Assembly (NCBI GenBank): GCA_030324005.1 | Contig: JARDVH010000059.1 | Coordinates: 96,158,482-96,222,481 of the forward strand | Origin: Negaprion brevirostris | Taxonomy: Eukaryota | DNA: 64,000 bases | Reading direction: 5' to 3' | Shown here: piece by piece, positions 11,971 to 24,255 of the stretch | How the letters are laid out: the number at the start of each line of letters is the position of its first letter | How positions within the stretch are numbered: the first letter of the stretch is position 1 | Made by a program: the position numbers and the translations under genes | Notes under the pieces: model-generated | What the model saw: the letters and a program-made list of their open reading frames with translations, nothing else | Databases searched by the model: none | What the model was told of the DNA's origin: nothing

Positions 11971-14199
11971 AGTATTTTTTTAAACAGGCTTAAAATTTGG
12001 CAAAATATTAAGGCCAGGATGAAGTGTGTGTTTAGATTGGTGTTGTACTTTCTTGTCCATCAGAAACTTGCGCCATTTCTCACATTGCCCATGGGACAAC
12101 AATAGAGACAAAGAAATTGATGCAACTTCCTGTATTATAGGCTGCAGAAGCCTAAGGCCAGCACAGCACCATTTACCTAGCATGCTAAAATGTGCCCCTG
12201 TCATGCCTGTGTCGCTGGAGGCATAGGTTCTGGGTGTTGTTTTTAACTAACTAAGGGGTCCACCTTGTATCACGGTGAAGCGCCTTAGCAGTGCCTATTT
12301 TGCATGGGCACATAGATGTTCTTTATCTTCCAAAGAGCCACCTCCTTGTTTATTGCTTCTCTTCTTTAAGCACCAAAATAGAAAGCATTGTCTTGCAGCC
12401 CCCCACCGTTCTACTTGTCATGATGGGGAAGAAAAAATTGTAATACTTCCACAAAATAAATAAAGGTTGAAAGTTTGTGNNNNNNNNNNTACTATAGCGA
12501 TAGTAATTAATGCCTTTGTTTCTATCCCTGGGACTGCATTATTAGCTTTATTAAGTTCATATGGTTTCTGTTACTCCTAGTTGGATTGTCTACTTGGGTT
12601 CAAGGTGTCATATCGCAAGTTTTGCATGTTTTTTTAAATACCCTCTCGGGGACACAAATTAATCTCACTGAAAGAAAAATGGCACATCTTCATTACTGCC
12701 AAGAGAATCATGCTTTGGCAACTGATAATTCAGAACAACTGAATGGGGACAAGATGCACTATTGTTATTCCTGACATCTGGCCTAAAAAATGAAAGTGAA
12801 CTTAGGTGCCGCATTTGCCTACGGAACATGACTTCTTTCCATTTTTAATGGCCTGAGGATCTAATAAAATGCTGTATAAATGCTAGCTATTCTTTGCTAT
12901 GTTTAATGAATTTTTCTCTTGGCATGGATAAATTGCAATAACAGCAGCAAAGAAAGAAATGCCACAATAATAGAGGTAATCTATTGAGGTACCAATCAAG
13001 AGGCACCAAACAATAGTTTGGTATGTCCTGATAATGGATGGTAAGCCAGGTGGGGAATGCACGACATTTCTTTTACGTACAATAGCACAACTGGAGTTGC
13101 AGTCAAGAGTTGCCCTCTCAGAAGCAAGGATATGAAGGTGGGGTAACTCGTCATAGAAAAGTAACCAAGTATCTGTGTAATGTACAAGTAAAGATTAATT
13201 GTACTCTCTAATCTTAGGAAACGAGGGCTTAAGGTTTTATTCCACTTAAATAGAAAAGTCAGGTTTTGATTTACATGTGCAAGACGACATTTTATTGTCC
13301 ATGCTTGACTGCTCTGAGAAGTCATTGGTGGATCTTCATTTGAACCACCACCTTATGGTGATGGGATTCTATGATGATATTTAGTAGGGAATTCCAAGCT
13401 TCCAGTAATAATGTAAGAACATATATTTAATTCAAAATGGACTGTATCTCCAAAAGAAAAACTCAGAGAAAATAGTAGCCCAAGCTACTACTACTCACAC
13501 TTCTCTATTGTAGAAGTTGCAAAGCTCGGAGTTGTTGTCAAAGTAAGCTTGGTGAGTTACTACAGTACATCTTGTGCATAATACACACTTCAGCTACAGT
13601 TGGGAGAGAATGAATATTGAGTCCAATGGGTCCAGTGAAGCAAAACCAATTACCTGTACTAGAGGCCTTGACATCAACGAGATATTCTTTACGGCTTCAT
13701 TAAAATTCTCTCAGAAAACAAAGCTATCAGCTATGCACCCGCTCTGATTACATCAGGTGATTTTTGATACTTGTTGAATAGATTAGAAAAGAATTGACAG
13801 ACCTAACTGATTACCTATGAAGTTAGTTCTTCATTTTGCTGTTGACCACTTTTGACTTTTCTGTGATTCATTCTTGTTTAGTAAATTAACATACTTAATT
13901 AGTAACCTAACAGATATGTGGTTTGAGAAAATTAGTTTTTACATTACAGATGTGATTTGTTTCTGATGTGTGACTATATAGGTGTGCTCAAGATTACCAG
14001 ATAATTATAGATGAAGGCTGCCTTTTAATTACACTTTCAAAGGCATCCTAATGCCTCATTGAATTGTTTAACTTATTCCAGTGTTTTTGTATGTATTGAT
14101 CTATTTAGACGTTTATTCACTTGTTGCTCATTCTTCGTGTGATCAGTCTTAAAAGCACCATTTTCTACTTTGAACTTTTGTCCCCATAGTACTACAATG

Positions 14200-14870
14200 C
14201 CTGCAGCTTAATTTATAGTATTTCATGTTGACCTCTTTTATACCTTTAGCATTGTTACAGTAAGATCATCTCTATAGTGCCTTACTTCCAACTGAAAAGA
14301 CCAAGTTTCTCCATTCCTTTACCATAAATCATATCCCTGGAATAAAGTTTAACCTTCTAATTCTTCTCTACACTTTTCTATTGCCCCCTGTTTCTTGGCA
14401 CAAGAACAGGATGCAATTTTCAAGGTGAGGTCTGACTAGAGCAATGTACAGTTTGACCATTACCTTTTCTGACCTTTATTGTTATGATTTAGCTACATAA
14501 TTCAACATTCCACTTTGTGTTGGTTAAATAAGTCAAGTCTACTAAGACCCCTAGGTCTCATTCAGCTGCATTCTCAACTATTTCATCGCAATTTATGGAA
14601 TGCCTGTGTTTTTTTTTCTCCTTTTGTGTACCACTTTGCAATCGTCAGTCGAAAATTTTGATTGTTCTGCCCATTTTCTTATCTTTTCTAAATCATTCTG
14701 CAATTTTCTGACCTATCTCTTTTACTGCTCCTACAATATATACCATTTGCAAATTTGATGGCTCTGCACTCAGTTCCTGAATTGAGGTTTTTATGTAAAT
14801 GTAAAACCATAGTTGTTCCAGCACTGAGTATTGCAAATAGTAGCTTCTCTCCCATCCTCTTCATCCAACA
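14200..14870 (-). mobile_element. Old decayed CR1 LINE RT fragment
   Basis: 'ccatttgcaaatttgat' (IKFA on -) and 'caaggtgaggtctgactagagcaatgtaca' (LY.ALVRPHL on -). Confidence 0.65.
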
Positions 14871-14982
14871 TAGCCAACAAAAGTAGTTTATTGTTTTCAA
14901 GCCACTTTAGGACACTCTGTGGTTGTGAAAGGTGCTAGATAAATGCTGGACCTGCTTCTTCTTCCTCCTCTACCACTCCATA

Positions 14983-15990
14983 GATGATGCTGGAAAAACT
15001 CAGAGGGTCTGGCAGCATCTGTAGAGGAGAAAGCAGAGTTAATGCTTCAAGGCTTTTATGAACTGAAGAGGTAGAATGTGTGATTTTCAAGTGTAGCTGT
15101 GAGAGATTGCAACAAAATGTTGTAACTTTAATATCAAAAAACAGATGGCCTGGTGTGGGAGAGGGAGGGAGGAGGCAATACAAGAATACCTACAGTGCAG
15201 AAGAAGGTCATTTGGCCCACTGAGTCTACACTGACTCTTGGACAGAGCATCTGACCTAGGCCCACCCTCTGCCCTATTCACAAAACCCCACACATTTACC
15301 CCACTAATCCTCTTAACCTACACATTTTGGGATACTAAGGGTCAATTTAGCAGGGCCAATCCACCTAACGTGCACATCTTTGTACTGTGGAAGGAAAGCT
15401 GAGAACCTGCAGGAAACTCACAGACACAGGAAGAATGTGCAAACTCCCGAGGCTAGAATAAAACCTGGGCCCTGGTGCTTTGAGGCAGCAGTGCTAACCA
15501 CTGTGCCACCCATTTTAAAAAACGGATTTAAGGTAAAGGAACTCACAATTTAAAGCTGCCGAACACAACACTGAGTTCATGCCATGGCCTGCTGCAATGT
15601 TCTACTGAAACCTGGCGCAAGCTGAAGAAGCTGCTTCTCACTTTCTGGTTGGACACATTGTAGCCTTCAGGACTTGATGTTGTGTTCAGCAGCTTGAGAT
15701 TGAGACCATTCTTAAACATCTTTTTAAAAATATCTCGCACATATACTGCCTCAATACAGCTCCCCCATCCTCTCCCAAACCAGGCCATCTGTCTTTTGTT
15801 CTTAAAGGTTGCTATATTTTGTTGCAATTTCTCACAGCTACACTCTAAAAAGCTAACACATTCTCCCTATTTAGTTCTGACAGAGCCAAAAAGATTCAAA
15901 ACGTTAATTCTGCTTTCTTTCCTTACAGATGCTGCCAGATTTTCCAGCATCCTCTGTACTTGTTTCAGATTTCAGCAGCTGCAGTATTTT
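14983..15990. mobile_element. Penelope-like element remnant with inverted terminal (pLTR-like) copies, interrupted by an HE1 SINE
   Basis: 14983-15177 is the reverse complement of about 15760-15955. The segment 15620-15695 resembles the C-terminus of a Penelope GIY-YIG ORF (KLE...LIF.LGTL.P.GLN). Confidence 0.7.
15178..15512 (-). mobile_element. HE1 SINE inserted in the Penelope remnant
   Basis: Head 'gaggcagcagtgctaaccactgtgccacc' on -, with CR1-type tail 'aagaatacctacagtgcagaagaagg'. Confidence 0.85.
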
Positions 15991-16139
15991 GCTCATTTAG
16001 TTAGGATTGTATTTGCTTTGTCACAGTTACTGGTTTTGTAAATGTGCGTAGAGGTAAAGAGGTGAGTTCCAACCACATGGCTGCATAATTACTAAGATCA
16101 CCNNNNNNNNNNNNNNNNNNNNNNNNNNNNNNNNNNNNN

Positions 16140-16830
16140 TGTTTCAGTTCATCTGCTGAAACTCTCAATCATGTCTTTATTACCCCTAGGTTTGACTATT
16201 CCAATGCTCCTGGCTTACCTCCCACATTCTATCCTCTGAAAAAATCAGGTCATCCAAACTCTGCTGCCCATGTTCTTACTTGCACCAAATTCACCAGGGC
16301 GGCACGGTAACACAGTGGTCAGTGCTGTTGCTTCACAGTGTCAGGGTTCGATTCCCGGCTTAGGTCACTGTCTGTATGGAGTTTGCATGTTCTTCCCCTG
16401 TCTGCATAGGTTTCCTCCGGGCGGTCCGGTTTCCTCCCACATTCTGAAAGATGTGTGGTTAAGTGCATTGATCCGAACAGGCGCTGGACTGTCGTGACTG
16501 GACTGTTTTACAGTAGCTTCATTGCAGTGTTAATATAGGCCTTACTTCTGATTAATAAATAAACTTTACTTCACTTTAACCTATTGCTCCTGTGCTTCCT
16601 GATTTACATTGGCACTACATCAAGCTGCTCTTTGATTTTAAAGTTCTCATCCTGTTTACAACTTACTCCATGGTGTCACCCTCCCTAGCTCTGTAATTTC
16701 TTTCAGACCCACAACACTTTGAGATATCTGTGCTCATCGAATTCTGGTCTTTTAGCCACTGCCAATTTCAGTTGCTCTACATTGGTTAGTGTATCTTCAG
16801 TTGCCAAGGTCCTAAACTCTGGCAATCCCT
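16140..16830 (+). mobile_element. L2-like LINE 3' fragment split by a SINE
   Basis: 'gctgaaactctcaatcatgtctttattacccctaggtttgactattccaatg' (AETL.H.FIT.R.DYSN), resuming after 16575. Confidence 0.7.
16297..16575 (+). mobile_element. HE1-related SINE (non-CR1 tail variant)
   Basis: gggcggcacggtaacacagtggtcagtgctg...gggttcgattcccggc (A/B boxes), with tail 'ttcattgcagtgttaatataggccttacttctgattaataaataaacttt'. Confidence 0.85.
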
Positions 16831-17619
16831 GCAATCTCTGCAATTCTCAGGCATGGATTTTCATCTTCTGTTCATAATGGAATGGGAGCATGGAGGTATT
16901 TAATTATGAAGAATAGGAATCAATTATGGGATTCCCACTCCCATTCCCAATACCAGCACTTTTTGCTGGTGAAAGATAAGGGTGTGGGTAGCAAGCCCTA
17001 CGCTTCACTTTGAGAGGAGATAGTGCTGTAATGGTGTTTTCACTGGGTAAGTGATCCAGAGGCCCAGGCTAATGCTCTCTGGACATGAGTTCAAATCCCA
17101 TTTATATTTCCTGACTCGAGCTTCTGGTCTCATTAGTGTAAATCCAATCTTCACTTTCTGCCTATAAGATCTCCTTGAAACTTACCTCTTTCATCAAGCT
17201 TTTAGTTATCTGTTCTAATGATCTCTTATGTGGTTCAGTGACTTAATTTGTTTTATAACATTCCTGTGAAATGCCCTTTGATGTTTTATTACACTAAAGA
17301 TGCTACTTAAATTATCTTGCATGTTCGGCAGTATATCTTTAAAAGTGTTCCATTTGCATTTTTTTAGAACAATTGTCAAATAACCTTCCTCAATTTATTT
17401 GGCTTAGATGGATCTTCATTTCTTATGTCCATGTGGCATTATGGCTCAATAGTTGTAGGTATTTCTGACTTGCCAGATCAGGCTAAATATTATTATGATT
17501 GCTGACCCCAAGGGTTGCAACAATTTCCATTTTACATACACTTCCTGGGTCATTCAAAAGTACCAGATCAAATGGATTTTTTTTTGTGGTTGCCTTGACA
17601 CAAGATCAAAGACTATAGC

Positions 17620-17865
17620 ACTAAAATAGGAACAGAAGTAGACCATTCAGCCCTTCGAGCCATTTAATAAGTTCATGACTGATCTAACACTTTCCTGCCT
17701 TATCTCCATAATCCTTAATTCCTCTACTGATGAAAAACCAACTGATCTTAGCCTTGAAAATGTTCAAGGAATCAGCCTCTACAGCTTCCTGAAGTAGGTA
17801 ATTCCAAAGATTTGCCATTCTTTGAGAAGAATTTTTTCCTCAAATCCCTCTTAAATGAGCACTGC
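17620..17865 (-). mobile_element. CR1 LINE 3' end
   Basis: 'ataggaacagaagtagaccattcagccc...attccaaagatttgccattctttgagaaga' is the antisense CR1 3' UTR and ORF end. Confidence 0.7.
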
Positions 17866-18797
17866 ATCATTCTGCAACTATGCCCTCTGGTCCTACATTC
17901 TCCCATGAGTGGAAGAGGTCGGTTTTAAGGAGTAACTTAAAAGGGGAAAGTGAGTTGGAAAGGCAAACAACCTTAGGGAGCAAATTCTCAAGCTTAGGGC
18001 CTAGGCAACTGAAGGCATAGCTTCCACTGGTGCAGCAATTAAAATCAGGGATGCTCAAGAGGAATGCTGATATCACAGAACAGTAGGTTGGAGAAGATCA
18101 GAGAAATAGGGAAAGACCAGGATCTGAGGGATTTGAAAACAAGGATGAAAACTAAGTAATAAATAAATCAAGTAGGGACAAAGAGACATGCAAGGAACAT
18201 TTTGATAGCAGTAGAAATTCATCTGAGCTAGGTAAGCAGCAGGGTGCACGCGTGTGTGTGTGTGGGCAGAGGGAGGCGGGAGGGAGAAGAAGTTACAGAG
18301 AGGAACCAGGGTCTCAGATCTGACAGAAAAGAGGGGAGAACTCAAGAGGTAAATGAAGCCTGAAATACCCAGTTAGAAACTAGAATCAGGAACCAATGCA
18401 AACAATGGGGAATGTAATTGTTGATATTTCCACTACATTGTAATTCCCTATTGCCACAACAAGCTTCAGCTCCAGGATCATTCACCCGGATACATCATAA
18501 CAGAATAGTTTCCCCTCACATTCATTTGTGAACATCCTACAGCAAACATACTTCCAGGTCTTCTTCATGGTTTACTCAGTTTAGTTTCAACCCCTTCTCA
18601 TTATATTCTTCACATTTTTGATTTAAGTTTTTAAACCTCAGGTACTGCCTTTTAATTTTGACATTGCTCAAGCATTTGGTTTACTTTTCAATTCCCTCGA
18701 GTATTACTTAGTTTTGATTATTTTGGGAGGTCTCTCTTGCCATCCACTCTAGAGGCATTCTTTTTCATCTTAGTTCCTCCCCACTGCATCATTAACC

Positions 18798-18962
18798 TAG
18801 AATCATAGAATCCTCACGCTGCAGGAGGCGGCTATTTGGCCCATTGAATCTGCACCAACTCTGAAAGTGCATCTTACCCAGGCCCACTGGACAGTCACCC
18901 AAGGCTGGAGTCAAATCTGGATTCCTGGTGCTGTAAGGCAAAAGATCTAACCATTGTGCCAG
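18798..18962 (-). mobile_element. Internally deleted HE1 SINE
   Basis: The 'tagaatcatagaatcc' tail is joined directly to the tRNA head 'gacagtcacccaaggctggag...aaccattgtgcc'. Confidence 0.7.
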
Positions 18963-19924
18963 CCTTAAGTGTTTTCCTTTCAAAGCCACTTCTGTGTGAG
19001 TTCTTTTTCACAACTTGCTTACCATATCTTTCACAAGATGAAAAAAGATACAGCATTTACAGTGACTGTCAGGACCTGTTATTCCTGCTCTCCTGTTACT
19101 TTTAATTGACTTGTTTAAATTTCACGCTGTTTAGAGACTGTAATAAATTGAGCTCTCGCAATGGCAAAATGTTTTTCCATTAGTTTATCTATTTACTAAT
19201 TTGGTTGGCTACTAGTCATGTCTAGGTTCCTTTGTACAAGACTTCATTAGATATATTAGAGGGAGATTGTGCACCTTCGATGACAAAGATCACGTCACTT
19301 GCCTCACCATCACCTGTTTGCAAATTGTTGCTAATTATGCAAAGCATTCCAGCAATAATTTATATTGCACCTTTAACATAATGACACATCTTAAGATGCT
19401 TCACAGGAGCATTATAAAATGAAGTATGACACTGAGTTACGAAAAGAGATATAAGCTAACCAAAAGCTATACCAAAGAGATTTTAGAGAGTATCTTAAAG
19501 AGGCAAAGAGGTGTAGGGAGGAAATCCCAAGCCGTGGGCATTTTTTTTCCAAAAATATACTTTATTCATAAAAATCTCAAATAAACCATTGCAAATCTAC
19601 ATGTCTTTGAATTGCANNNNNNNNNNNNNNNNNNNNNNNNNNNNNNNNNNNNNNNNNNNNNNNNNNNNNNNNNNNNNNNNNNNNNNNNNNNNNNNNNNNN
19701 NNNNNNNNNNNNNNNNNNNNNNNNNNNNNNNNNNNNNGATCAATTTCCCCCCTTGCTTTTACAAACGTCAGCCATTTATTTGTTAAAAGCTGGGAGTGGA
19801 AGCATTTAAAGGGCAAAAGAAATGATTTCGACTCCTCGTTTGTCAAACTTGACGAGTATTCTCTGATGTATGTGGCGCTTAAAGATAATCACTTCAGCTC
19901 CAACTTTAAAAAAAAAATTGGGAT

Positions 19925-20750
19925 CACTGCCGCTCCCAGCATCGCCCCTCCCTGTTTACAGCTTCGAATTCTTTACGCGTGAGTAAACGATGGGAGTGGG
20001 CAGCAGGTCGCTCGAGCCTTTTCCGTTGGGAAGAGGATTGCACAGCGCGCGCGAGACAAGACTGCGATGCAAGCACAGCACAGCTCTCTTGCGCCGCGCC
20101 CCCCCTCCCCCGCTCATTCCGAGAAAGGGCGTTGGTCTGGCTTCGGTTTGGAACGCTGCGCTGGCCGGCTCGCGCGTCACATTCGACCCGGCGCAGCTGG
20201 CCGAGGCGCGCATGCGTCGCCGGCGAGGTACGGAGTGGGCGGGGCCGGAGCGCTGAGGGACTTGGTTTGCAAGGCGGGGGAGTGTGGTGGGGAAGGAATT
20301 TAGGGAAGTCGTGAGGCGGTGGGCGGATGGACGGTGACGGTGGCGGCGGCGGCAACAACAGCAACAGCTACAGTAGCTCCTGTTCTGGAGTATCGGAGGC
20401 GACAATTTGGTGGGTGAATGTATGTGTGTGGGAGCGGGTGGTGGAAAAGCGTGTTAAATATAGATTGAGGTGAGCGGGAAAGGGTTGATGTGAGCTCCGT
20501 GGCCTGTGTCTGGGTTTCTAATTTTTTACCCGATCCCTCCCTTGCCCTGCAGGGTGGGCGCTGAGGGGGTTGGGTTGGTGTCCGGCTGATTACAGTCCGG
20601 GTCCCCGAGAATACTCGCACCCGGGCTACCACTCTTGGGTGCAAACACTCTCCCTTCCCCCGACACCCCCTCCGGTCCACCCGCCCCCCCTTTCTTCACA
20701 GGCGGGGGCGGCCGCTGCGAAATCTTTTTGTTGGAAGGAATAAATCATGG
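19925..20750 (+). promoter_or_regulatory. RNF19A: CpG island, the likely RNF19A promoter
   Basis: The only CpG/GC-dense stretch in an otherwise CpG-depleted window. It has an NRF1-like GCGCGCATGCGT (20206-20217), GC boxes (tgggcggggc 20236-20245; aaggcggggg 20271-20280) and a half-CRE cgtcac (20175-20180). It lies upstream of the first coding exon on the same strand. Confidence 0.85.
20290..20469 (+). other. RNF19A: Putative non-coding first exon of RNF19A (TSS not determinable)
   Basis: Lies downstream of the GC boxes and ends at a strong donor GAG|GTGAGC (GT at 20470-20471). The first coding exon starts at a splice acceptor, so an upstream exon is required. Confidence 0.5.
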
Positions 20751-22725
20751 GATATTCCTGGGGCTATGCTCCTCTATTAGTGAACTTCTTATGGGTGAAG
20801 ATGCTTATTTCAAATGTTTATAGCACCTGAAACGTAAGATGTGTTATTGCAATCCCTCCTTCAAACTCAGAAAAGTTTTGGTAGCAAAATGAAAAACGAA
20901 TAAGGGGCGAAGTTCACGTAGTGTTTACATCTTCCGCCAATGCATTGTTGCTTCTGGCAATCCGTGAATGCCCTTTTAAATCACATGGTTTAATTTTAAA
21001 GGAGAGTTCAGTGTGTCATGGGAGTGATTTTTTTAAATGCGAAATCACGTACAACATGTATTCTGATAATGATTCTGAAGCTGAAGGTTCAGAAGGCGGA
21101 AAGTGCACTTGACCTAACGTAAAGGTAGCAGTGTGCGATTATTCTAAGTTTGCAATCTACTTTAATAAAGTCAATATGCCCAACTTGCTGAATGTTCACA
21201 AAAATGTAATTTTGTGTCGGAGTCTTTGGTATAGAGATACAAACTTAACTGATCATCTGCCCTTGTGTTGCAATAGTTTAAACCTCTTCCAAGAAATGTA
21301 CAGTTCCAAATAACGTGGCTTCTTTCACCTTTTCATACTGTATGAAATAACATTACTGGATGCATTTTAATCACCGTGTAACTGGAGTTTATGGTGATTA
21401 CTTGCATCACAGTGGTAGAAGTCAGAGTTATGTATATGCAAAGACTCGAACAGTCCCTGACTGCTGCTGATGTGATTTTAATGACTAAAGTAACAGGTTA
21501 AGTAATTTCAGTCTTTAAGTAAAGAATGAAGAATCATTTTTACTTTTAAATCTTATTATTTTGGCTGGGTTTCATACCACTATTATTCCACTTCAAGATA
21601 ATTTTCTGCAATGCAAATTTAATCAGTGATGTGGATCTGCATGTTGTATACTGCATTTTTGGCATTAAGTCAACACCAAAGAGGATGTGGCACTGACGCT
21701 AAAAGACGCATGCACGTCTAAAGGATTTGGCAGTGGGTTATGAAGTATTACACACACTTGTGGGGGAGGATCTGTGTTGGATTCTAGAAGTGGAAGAGTT
21801 TTTNNNNNNNNNNTCTAATAGCTAATCCAGATGTCTGGAATGGAGATTTCAAACTTCCTATCATACTTCTCCTAGCTGTTTGGTTATTTTTAAGGCGGCT
21901 GCAATTCTATGCAAAATGTGGACTCAACAAGTTGTTTTTTGCGTTGGACAATATTTTCCAGATAGGTACAGACTTTTTGCTTTTATCTTTTTTCGTTACT
22001 GAGTATAATTTTTATGGCAACAGTCACAAACATTTATTTTTGCTAGTTTTCAGATATGCAAAAAAGCATTGCACAGCAAAGTCAAACATCGTATCCTTTG
22101 GTTGCAAAATATTGTAGAAAGGAAAAATCAGCTCAGTAACATCAATATTATGTCAGCTCTTCTGGTGCGATGCTGTCATGTTTGTAAGTAATGCATCGAA
22201 TATCTTGTCTAGACTGCTAGGCTATTTACTAGTTTCCTCTTTAAAGATGCATGCTTGTGGTCTCAAGACACTTGAGGGAAAAAAGTCTTGATGTATTAGC
22301 ATTGTATGATTTTTGAAGACATTGAGTGGATGAAGTTTGAGGAAATTTGTAAATTGACTAGTACTCCAACCATTTAATTTGATTTTATTATTGGGAAACC
22401 CTGAAAAGTGTTGTTCCTTGAGCACTATACATACAAAACAAGCCGTTCATAGATTACAGAGGGGAGAAGGAAAGGAGGGTGCAGAATATAGTGTTACAGT
22501 CATAGCTAGGGTGTAGAGAAAGGTCAGTTTAATACAGGTCTCAAGTTTGACATCTGGGTCTCTGCTAATCTTAAGAGCAGTAAGGCATTCAGTTGGACAT
22601 GTTGCTTGAAGTAATGGGAGGTAAAAGTTAGTCCTTGTTTCTATTCTGATTATTGCTTTCTGATGCTGCAGGAATTGCAAAAGTAAGGGCAGAATTAGAT
22701 TTTAGATTTGACTATTGTGGTCTGA

Positions 22726-23612
22726 TATAGTTGCATATCTTAGTCAATTATTGTTTGGCTTAGACATAAGGGGTGGCTATTTGTAGTATTGCATGGCATG
22801 TGTGCATGCCTATGAAAATTAAGCAAGCAAAGAAACAAAAGCAAAATTGAGAATGAAGGGACCAATTGAGAAGTACATGACAGGTTAAAGAAATGTATTT
22901 CTTTGCTACTCAAGTTAGAAAGTTGACTTTGTCACTGAACAAGGTAATATAAATTTGGTATTTAGTACTTAAATGGTTTTAATGTAATTTTTCCAACATA
23001 ATCTGAGATGTCAGTTCAGGTTCTTGCATCAGTAAAGCTATGAGAAATGCATGTCAGTGCAAGGCAATTGGGTGTATTCTCTGCACTGCAATTATAATTT
23101 CTATAATTATACAAGCTCCTGTGCATGAAAAATTATAATTGAGAGCAGAGGCAGGAGTGGATGAGGGTGAGACTGATGTGCTTCAAACAAAAATATGTCC
23201 TTGTTTACCGTAGACTGTAAACTGCAGTGTTTGTTAGCTGCCTTAAACATTTGGCAAGTGAGAGTGTTCATGGTGTTACAGTAGCACCATTGATGGTACA
23301 AATATTTCAGCACCTCTGTAATGTCTGTAAAACTTTATAGTAATCTGCCAAAAACAGTTGCAAATGATAACCATCTTATTTTCAGTCAGTTCTGGAGAAA
23401 GTTGAAACCAGGGAAACTAATTGCCTCTTGATATGTTTCTTCATTTGTAGTCAAGGAACTTATCTCAATTGGTCCTTTCATTCTCAATTTTGCTTTTGTT
23501 TCTTTGCTTGCTTAATTTTTGTAGGCATACATGCCATGCAGTACTACAAATAAGTAGCCACCCCTTATGTCTAAGCCAAACAATAATTGTCTAACAAGAT
23601 TTGCAACTACAT
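22726..23612. repeat. Long inverted repeat (arms about 22726-22871 and 23463-23612, ~590 bp spacer), MITE-like
   Basis: 'caattattgtttggcttagacataaggggtggcta...aattaagcaagcaaagaaacaaaagcaaaattgagaatgaagggaccaattgaga' has its reverse complement at 23463-23612. Confidence 0.9.
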
Positions 23613-23959
23613 ATGACAACTTACTGTGAATCAACAGGTATAAATTTTGTTTAGTTCTGCAAATGTTTGTTGATGAGTGGGGATCCTTTTGAGGTGTTAG
23701 ACCTCTCTTGGGTGAGAAAGCCGTTCAATAAGATCATCATCTGACACCTTCTGTAAAATCTTGGTCATGATTTATTACTTAGTTTAGTGATGTTTACACA
23801 GAAAATATTCGGTCTTTTTTTGGCTAAAAGGATGCACAAGTAAAATGCTGAAAGCAATGCAATTTTTAATGATTCTGTGCTGGTTTGCATTCCTGCAGGT
23901 TTTTTCTAAGCCACATCCTGTTGGATGTAGCATGGGTAGTAACTCTTTGTGATTTACAG

Positions 23960-24255
23960 GGATTTGTAAAAGAAGCAAATGTGATGTGAGAAAAAACTTT
24001 TCCACGCAGTGAGTAGTTTGGGTCCAGAATGCACTTCCTGGAAGTGTGATGAAGGCTGGTTAAATCAAGGCATTTCTATTTAAGAGGGCATTAGATTATT
24101 TGAATAGAGGGAGGTTCAATCGAGGTATTCAAGGGCGTTTGATTATTTTAATAAAAATGTGTAAGAGTATGGGAGGAATGGCACTAAGTCATGGTACTCG
24201 TTTGGAGCGCCAATACAGACACGGTGGACCAAATGGCGCTGTAACAATTCTGTGT
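23960..24255 (+). mobile_element. CR1 LINE 3' end with a short internal tandem duplication
   Basis: 'gatgtgagaaaaaacttttccacgcagtgagtagtt...gaatgcacttcctggaag'. The segment 'ggttaaatcaaggg...gattattt' is imperfectly repeated. Confidence 0.65.

Noticed and set aside
1-19900. Exons of a neighbouring gene upstream of the CpG island
   Set aside because: No ORF resembles a cellular protein; everything recognisable is transposon-derived. Small exons or lncRNAs cannot be excluded by eye.
19924-20680. Several overlapping 78-149 aa ORFs on both strands in the CpG island
   Set aside because: Low-complexity Pro/Arg/Gly-rich translations are expected from stop-poor GC-rich DNA. There is no recognisable domain.
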